Below are positions 56,692-64,000 of a stretch of DNA of 64,000 nt, piece by piece. The position numbers and the translations under genes are program-made. Under the pieces are notes generated by a model. It did not search any database and had not been told where the DNA came from. It saw only the letters and a list, made by a program, of their open reading frames with translations. Source of the stretch: a virus (lineage: Duplodnaviria > Heunggongvirae > Uroviricota > Caudoviricetes); IMG/VR virus record IMGVR_UViG_3300033119_001367. One strand, 5' to 3'. Positions within the stretch are counted from its first letter, which is position 1. Every line of letters starts with the position of its first letter.

Positions 56692-56777
56692 ACTATAAAA
56701 GTTACACTTTTTTCACTAATTAGGTAGAAAAATTTGGAAATGTCATATTTCCTTTCTATCTTTGTCAATTATTACTA

Positions 56778-59330
56778 ATGTCGAATTTTACCGATCAACC
56801 AATTCAGTTCAATCCTTACATCGAGACTACCCCTGTTCAAGCAATGGTAGCTGTAGGTATGCAGAAGGAACAAGACTTTAAGCAAGGAATTGCTAAGGTA
56901 CAAGCCTATGTGGATACTATAGCTGGGTTGGATATAGCTAAGGAAGAGCATAAACAATATGTATCTACTAAACTCAATGAGGTTAAGCAGGGTATTGCCA
57001 AGAATCTGTCTGGGGATTTCTCTGATAGTAGAATAACCAACCAGATTGGTGGAGCTGCTGTACATATTTATAAAGACCCTATAGTACAAAATGCTGTAAT
57101 ATCAACTGGTAATTACAGGAAAGGTATAGCTGATATAGAAGCAGCCAGAAAAGCTGGTAAATCAAATATAGCTAATGAGACAGTATTTACTGATTCAGCA
57201 AATGAATGGTTAAGTGACAAGAATGTTTCCACTTCTTTTAAAGATAGCTTTACTCCTTATACAGATAAAATTGACATATTTTTAAAATATTGGAAAGAGA
57301 CAAACCCAACAGAGAATCCAGATGAAGATATGACAAGGATTAACTCTAAAGGAGAAAGGGAAATTAACCCAGTTATATTTAAAGGAAAGACTGCTGAACA
57401 AGTACAAGCTGTTTGGAATCTGGTGAAAGGTGATGCCAATGTTCAACAACAATTACAAATAGATGGTAAATTTATGTTCAGAGGAAAAAAGCCCTCTGAA
57501 ATATATCAGGGAATAGAGGAAAGGGCTAACCAGATAATAAAGAAAAATGAAGAGCTTATATTAAGCTTATCTGCTAAAGCTGCTGTTGGAGACAAAGATG
57601 CCCAAGCAAGTATACAAAGTTTAAAAGAATTAAACAAAGGGCAGATAGAGTCTCTATCTACTTACAAAGAAGGATTAACAATTAATCCAGATGCTGTAAA
57701 AGCTAATATAGTTTCTCAACAAACTCTATCAAGTTTAATAGGTGCATACACTTCAAAAGTAATGGAGAAAAATCCTTTATGGGAGACCTCTTTTGAAATG
57801 AGTAAATGGAATATTCAGATGCAGCAGTGGTCTATGCAGCATAAACTTGCAACGGATAAATTTGCTTGGGATAAAGAAATGGATGTAGCTAATTACAATT
57901 TAGCAGCTACTAAAGAAGCAAGGGAGGCAAAGAAGGCTAAGGAAGAAGCTGAAGGTGTAAAAAGTCCTACAGCCTTAAATCCTACTGAAGTAATAAAAAA
58001 TGAAAATACAGCAAGAGAGGATATTAGTAAAAATCAATATGTATATACTCAAAGTATGAGAGAGTTGGCATATAACCTTGCTGTTAAACAGGGAGTTCCA
58101 GTACCTTATTATAAAGATGATGCTACTGGTACATGGGTTCCAAATGTTGGTACAGGAAAGGATTATAAAACAGAAAATGATGCAAATGCTGTAGCTAAGA
58201 AATTTTTTGATGAAGCAGCTTCATCTAATGGTGTTGGTACTCTTATACAGAATGATAAGAAATTATATGATTTATATACAAAATCACAAGATAACTATGC
58301 TAACTTAGAGTTATCTAAAAAGATAGTTAACGATGTAGAAACAGCTTTTGCTCCACAAATGGATGCTTTAGTAAATACCATAAGCCAAGAAGTTAAAGTG
58401 TCTAAAGAAGCTGCTTCCGATTTTACAAAAGCTTATATAGTAAAAAATAAGTTAAGTGGTTGGCAATCAACTGAACTTGGGTTGAAACAAAAATATGGTA
58501 ATGATTGGGAAGTTGGTATGAATATCGGAACTAATAATGTTGGATATGGAGAATATGTACAGGCAGTTCCACAAGCTTTAAAAGAAGCTTTTGATAAAGC
58601 TTCTAAAGTACTTGCTAAAAATCCCACATTATTAAATGTGGTAAAAGAAAAAGAGAATGCCTATATGGAAAGGCAAAAGTCCCCTGTTGGATATACAGTT
58701 ACTGTTCCATCTAATTTAAATGATATTACAAGAACTAATTATGCATCAGCAGTTACACAAGTAACTGACCTAAATCCTGGTTCTGATAAAGGGGATTATA
58801 AAAAGTTCGAGTCTCTTCTTTTTGGTAAACCCGATGTGCTTAAACAAAATATTTATAGCAGATACTTAAATCCTACTACACAAGAAGGATTCCTTTCAGT
58901 ACAAAATGGAGAGGAGAAAGCAACTATTAAAATACCTGGTTCAGAATATCTAAGGATGTTCCCAGAAGAAAATCAATATTCAGCCTTTAGACAAAAGTTC
59001 CAAACTAAGCTAAATTTGAACAGAGGTATGTATACTGGTAATAGTTTTACAGATGCTTACCAAGCATATCAGGGACCAGGATCTCCATATATTGTAAAAT
59101 ATAATGTTATATCTAATGGAGAAGGTGCTCATAAATTAAGATGGTGGGTAGCAAAACAAGATAGAACAGCTACTAAAACAGATATGATTATTGATGGTGA
59201 GATTATTGGGGAACATAATGGTTTAAACCAAGACATGTCAGAAGAGGCTATTATGGCTGCTGTTAATAAGTTACAGGATAAGAATTGGGTAGAGTTAAAT
59301 ATTGCACAAAAAATTAAATCAGGAAGATAA
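56778..59330 (+). CDS. giant virion protein (850 aa)
   Basis: ORF track. Confidence 0.6.
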   Translation: MSNFTDQPIQFNPYIETTPVQAMVAVGMQKEQDFKQGIAKVQAYVDTIAGLDIAKEEHKQYVSTKLNEVKQGIAKNLSGDFSDSRITNQIGGAAVHIYKDPIVQNAVISTGNYRKGIADIEAARKAGKSNIANETVFTDSANEWLSDKNVSTSFKDSFTPYTDKIDIFLKYWKETNPTENPDEDMTRINSKGEREINPVIFKGKTAEQVQAVWNLVKGDANVQQQLQIDGKFMFRGKKPSEIYQGIEERANQIIKKNEELILSLSAKAAVGDKDAQASIQSLKELNKGQIESLSTYKEGLTINPDAVKANIVSQQTLSSLIGAYTSKVMEKNPLWETSFEMSKWNIQMQQWSMQHKLATDKFAWDKEMDVANYNLAATKEAREAKKAKEEAEGVKSPTALNPTEVIKNENTAREDISKNQYVYTQSMRELAYNLAVKQGVPVPYYKDDATGTWVPNVGTGKDYKTENDANAVAKKFFDEAASSNGVGTLIQNDKKLYDLYTKSQDNYANLELSKKIVNDVETAFAPQMDALVNTISQEVKVSKEAASDFTKAYIVKNKLSGWQSTELGLKQKYGNDWEVGMNIGTNNVGYGEYVQAVPQALKEAFDKASKVLAKNPTLLNVVKEKENAYMERQKSPVGYTVTVPSNLNDITRTNYASAVTQVTDLNPGSDKGDYKKFESLLFGKPDVLKQNIYSRYLNPTTQEGFLSVQNGEEKATIKIPGSEYLRMFPEENQYSAFRQKFQTKLNLNRGMYTGNSFTDAYQAYQGPGSPYIVKYNVISNGEGAHKLRWWVAKQDRTATKTDMIIDGEIIGEHNGLNQDMSEEAIMAAVNKLQDKNWVELNIAQKIKSGR

Positions 59331-62300
59331 TGCCTAATACAGAGTTCGAGAATAAATTAAATGAGTCTAATTTTGGGAAAATGGGAAGTCTTCCTTCCTT
59401 TGGTCCTGGTCCCTCTGTGCCTATTGCTGATATGTCTTTAGATCAGATAAATAGTTCCCTGCAAAATCAGGGAAATTTAATATTGAATTCTTTTCAAAAT
59501 CCTTTTAAACCACAATTAATATCTCCAAAGCTTGTAGACCAAACAGGTAGATATGATAAACAATTAGTTGGGTGGGATAATGAGGATTTATATGGTCAGA
59601 TGCAAAGTAACTGGGACAAAGCAGCTAATGGTGTTTTAAAAGGTTTGACATTAGCTGGTACAACTTTTCTTCAGGGCACAGTAGGTTTAGTAAATGGCTT
59701 GGCAAATGTAGTTGGTGGAAATGGTTTAAACAGTTTCTACAATAATGATTTTTCTAATTATTTAGAGAAAATTAATAAGGAAGCTGAAAATGTTTTACCT
59801 AATTATTATACAGCACAAGAAACAAATGCAGCTTGGTATTCTCCAGATAATTTTTTTACTGCTAATTTTTTATGGGATAAAGTAATAAAGAATATAGGCT
59901 TTTCAATAGGTGCTATATACTCAGGTGGAGTAGTATCCAAGGCTTTATCTACAGCTATGAAAGGTGTTGGATTACTATCTGATGCCAGACAATTAGCAGC
60001 TTTAACAGAAACTTTGGAACAAGTACTGCCACAAACCCCAGTTGCTGCAAGAGTAACTAAATTTGTAGAAACTTTGACAAAAGCTCTCCCTAAATTATCT
60101 GCTACACAGGTAGATAGGGCAGTAACTTCTTTTTTTGGGGCTGCTACAGAAGGTGGAATAGAGGCTTTACAAGGTCTAAACGAATTTAGAGAAAGTAAAG
60201 TAGAAGAGTTTAGAGCTAAGAATTTTCGGATGCCAAATGCTGATGAGATGGCTAAGATTAATGAAGAAAGTACTTCATTAGGAAATGCTAGATTTATTAT
60301 GAATTTGGGATTATTATCTGCTACTAACTATATTCAATTACCAAAGATATTAGGTAGTAGATATTCTACTTCCAAAGCACTTGCTAATACAGAAGCTGCG
60401 GCTATGGGAGAGGTAGGTGCTACTAGAAGACTATTAGATGGTACTCTAGAAAGGGTTGCACCTAAAGGATTAGAAAAAGTAGCTAAAAATATTTATAAAG
60501 GCGGTGGATTATTCTTTTCTGGTAGTGAAGCCTTTGAAGAAGGTGCTCAATTTGTTTTTCAGGAAGGTACAAAGGATTATTATAATAAGAGATATGGTGG
60601 GGAAGGTGCATCTTTTATAGATTCTTTAGTGGAGGGGGTTAAAAAAGTACAGACTAAAGAGGGTATGGAAAGTATACTTCTGGGTGGTTTATCTGGAGGA
60701 ATGCAGCAAATCAGGGGTAATATAAAACAAAGAGGATTTTTAGGAGAAGGCGGATTACAGGGTGCAGCAACTGATAAACAAGTACAGGAAATTAATAATA
60801 CATCTAGTTTAAAGTGGTTTTCAGATATGAAAGATGCTGCTGCTAGAGGGGTTAATTTAATGTATGAAGGAGAAAGTTTTATAAGACAAGGGGATATTTT
60901 ATCTACTAAAGATAATGAAGCAGATTTAATGAATAATTATCTTGCTGTTAGAATAAAGCATGGTAGATATGACCTTGTAAAAGAAGATATAGCCGGGTTA
61001 AGAAATCAAGGAGCTACTAAAGAAGGGCTTGATAGATTAAAAAAAGAAGGATATGCTAATGAAAATGACACTGTTCTATCTTTTGGGAAACGCCTTAGTA
61101 ACTTTGAAAAACATGCAGATTTAGCTAAGACAACTTATGAAGCTTTATATTTAAAATATGGGGGTCAGTATTTAGAATTACCTGATGGTTCTAAAAAGAA
61201 GCTATATAGTGAAAGTGTTATAGATAAAATGGCTTATGCTGTTTCTAAAATAGCAGACTATGATACCAGAATATCTGAGCTTTCTCAAATACCCTTGTCG
61301 AAAGGTATTCCTGTACAGTCTATGATTGACAGTATTGTTAAAAATGACAAAGAAGCTTTTGAAATATCAAAAAAGGATATTGAAACTTTTGTCAATAATA
61401 TAAATGGCACTGTAGATGAGATTTCTGATCTAAAAAGGGATTTGAATGATATTTATATAATGACTAATAAGAGGCAGTCATTTTTAAAAGAATATAATGA
61501 TATAGCTACATCACCTGAGAAATATGATGAACCTGATGAAAAAATACTTACGCCATCCGATACTACTATTGTGGATGAGAATGGAATAGTTAAACCCAAA
61601 ACTATTAAGATAACCACTAAAGATGGTGAAGAAGATATTGAGATAGGTACAGAGTACTATCTAGGTGACTATGTTAAGAAAGATGCTAAGGGAAGAGATG
61701 TATATTTATTTCCTAAATTTACTGTACTTGGAGAAAATCCAGATGGTACTATACAAGTAAAAGATAAGGATGGTATAAGAAATGTATCTAAAGAAGAGTT
61801 TATAAAGTATAAGCCAGGTAAGGTATCTGATACACTTAACAATAAAAAAGCAAAATATTATTTCGATAATATTAATAATATATTTGAATTTAATTTTGGT
61901 AAAGGTAAAAAAAGAAAAGGTAGATTAAGATATTCCCCTAAAGACAGGATACTGGAGTTTGTTTATGTAGATGGTAATAAAACAAAAACCATAGAGGTTA
62001 CTGGTGATCAGTTTGTTCCTAAAAATGGTTACAAACAAGCCCTTATTACTAAAGTAGGAACACTTACTGTTGCTGAAGAAAAAACTTTACAGGATTTTGC
62101 TAAGGAGAAAGATGATAGGATACAGGAGAAAAGAGCTGCAAGACTTCAAATCATTGAGTCTATTGTAGATGAAACAGGTGACAGAATTGAAAAGGTAAAG
62201 AAATCCTTAGAAGAAAAGTATAGGCAATTAGATAATACTGTAATTGAGTTAGATAAACTTGAAGGCAAAATAAAAGCTGGAGAGTTAACTAAGAGAAATA

Positions 62301-64000
62301 ATTTCAATGCTTTCACTCAAAGGGCTTTAAATGCTGCTAAGAAATTAGTAAGATTAAGAGATACTCTTACTCAAGAAATTGAAGCTTTAGAAGGTGAGAA
62401 GGAAGAGTTAGAGTTTAATTTGGAGTATTTCTATGACCTTGCTCAAAATATTGATGAGCTACCTACTGACTCTGCTGATTTTCAGGAGGAATTAAATGAA
62501 CAAGCTCTTGACCTAGGTATTCTTATAGATGAGACTGCTAAATCTATTACCCAGGCTACCAGGTTATTGGAAAAAACAGAGAAGGCTCTGGATACTGCTA
62601 TTGCATGGATACAGGAAAATATTGAAGCTTTCCAAAAAGGTTATCCTAATGTCCCTACTGATATATATAGTCAGGAATTTATAGACTTCTTAAAGGCTAA
62701 TCCTAATTTCTTAAAGTTAAGACCAGATTTTAAACAAGATTTGGCTGACCTTGAGGGTATGATTGGAGAGATGGAAGAGTTTGAGATAAAGCCTTTAGAA
62801 AAATTAATAGCTGAATTAAAAGCTAATATAAAGGATGTAATGGAAGAACTGCCATTACTGGAAAAACAATATGTAGCTAAAGAAGTTATTGTTAATAAGT
62901 TTAACGATATAGCTTTACAACATAAAAGAGCTGAAGCTGCTAAAAAACAAGCTGAAGCAGATGCTAAATTTTTACAGGGTATCTTTGGAACAAAGGTAAA
63001 CCAACCTTCCAGTGATAATACTGATACTAAAGGGGATATAGAGAATGAGAAAGATTCTCCTAAAAAGAGAATAACTTCTATTGCCTCTACAGTAGATGAG
63101 AGTAAATCAACTAACCAGACTGTTTTAGAAAATGTAAGGAGACACAATAGTTTCCTAAATAATGTATCAAGGATGCCTCCGGAAAAAGCCTCTGAAATAA
63201 GGGTAACTCTGGTGAATAATAGTAATGCTCCTGCTGGTATAATGGATAAAGCTCTTGCAGGATATGATGTTCCTGATGTAGATAATACAGTTGTAGCTAT
63301 ATACTCCAATACAGATGGTAAATTTGTAGATGTAAATGGTAAAGCTACTGAAAATCCTGATGAGTATGTTATATCTGTAATGGCTTCAGATAAACTAACT
63401 TCTTCAAGAGGAGACAGGTATTCTGTACCTAAAGATGTTAGTGAAGAGGATTGGCATAACTGGTATAAAGGCATGAGAGCCAAGTGGTTAGCTGCTACTG
63501 AACCAGAGATATATGAATTTACAGTTAGTGGCGGTATACCACAAAGGAACAAAACTAATATAGCTTATAATGTAACTGAGAATTTAATCAGTGAAGAACA
63601 GATAGGGCAGAAAGGACTTGTTCAGGTATCTATAGATGGTACAATAAATGTTAATGGTATATCTAAGAAATATACTCCTGGCAGAGTTGTACTTGTAAAT
63701 GGAAACTCTACAGCTTTCCTGAATAACAGAAACTTTACAGATCAGGAAGCAGAGATTATATATAAATCATTCCAAACTCTGGCTGCCACTAAGAAAGGAG
63801 AAAAATGGAATACTTCAGTAGTTAAATTCCTAAGAGATGTAATGTTATTTGGAGACCCTACTACAGGAGATAAACCAAAAGCTGCTGCCAGAAACCAGTT
63901 CTGGATTGATAATAAAGGTAATCTAAATATAGGACCAACTGGTTTTAAAGCATCATTTACATCAGAATTCCTTGCTTTACCAGAAGTAAAGGCAGGACTT
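59331..64000 (+). CDS. giant virion protein, 5' part (more than 1556 aa; runs off the window)
   Basis: Manual in-frame reading from the ATG at 59331 (TAATG overlap with the upstream stop) finds no stop up to position 64000; coiled-coil-rich. Absent from the ORF track because it has no stop within the window. Confidence 0.55.

Noticed and set aside
62671-63552. 293-aa minus-strand ORF in the track
   Set aside because: It lies entirely inside the long plus-strand ORF that starts at 59331, and is low-complexity antisense of a coiled-coil region. Antisense artefact.
1-64000. CRISPR arrays, integrase/recombinase, toxin-antitoxin or restriction-modification operons
   Set aside because: Scanned for regularly spaced direct repeats and for recombinase or restriction motifs. 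No supporting structure was found in this window.

Overview
The window is AT-rich (about one-third GC), densely coding phage DNA, at least 64 kb long with phage genes at both edges, so it lies inside a large phage or prophage. It has two divergent arms. The minus-strand arm (1..19606) begins with a partial DnaB-like helicase, followed by about 55 small hypothetical genes, a tRNA-Cys(GCA), a tRNA 3'-fragment and several rho-independent terminators. A roughly 1-kb noncoding hub (18135..19144) with palindromic TTGAT(A/T)ATCAA repeats sits near the strand switch at about 19.6 kb. The plus-strand arm (19819..64000) carries two free-standing HNH homing endonucleases, a putative SAM methyltransferase, and a large terminase subunit whose P-loop is interrupted by a class 3 (Ala1, Trp/Cys/Thr) intein with a LAGLIDADG endonuclease. 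Downstream are a candidate portal, scaffold and major capsid gene (all positional calls), then a set of Cys-rich, poly-Thr fibre-like proteins including one with a tail-collar domain. A FtnA-type ferritin is embedded among five giant virion proteins (850 aa to more than 1556 aa), one of which has a lytic-transglycosylase domain. The most unusual feature is a tandem array of about 20 small paralogous genes at 3.9-13.2 kb. Their C-termini end in YEIY and their N-termini start MKY(I/T)K, and in several cases both are encoded by one overlapping junction cassette, TATGAAATATATTAA. A Bacteroidota host is inferred from the absence of Shine-Dalgarno spacing, the frequent ATGA/TAATG coupling and a TAnnTTTG -7 element. 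A crAss-like architecture is a hypothesis only. Function was inferred from motifs read by eye, with no database search. Manually derived coordinates for small ORFs and RNA features are approximate to within 1-2 nt.
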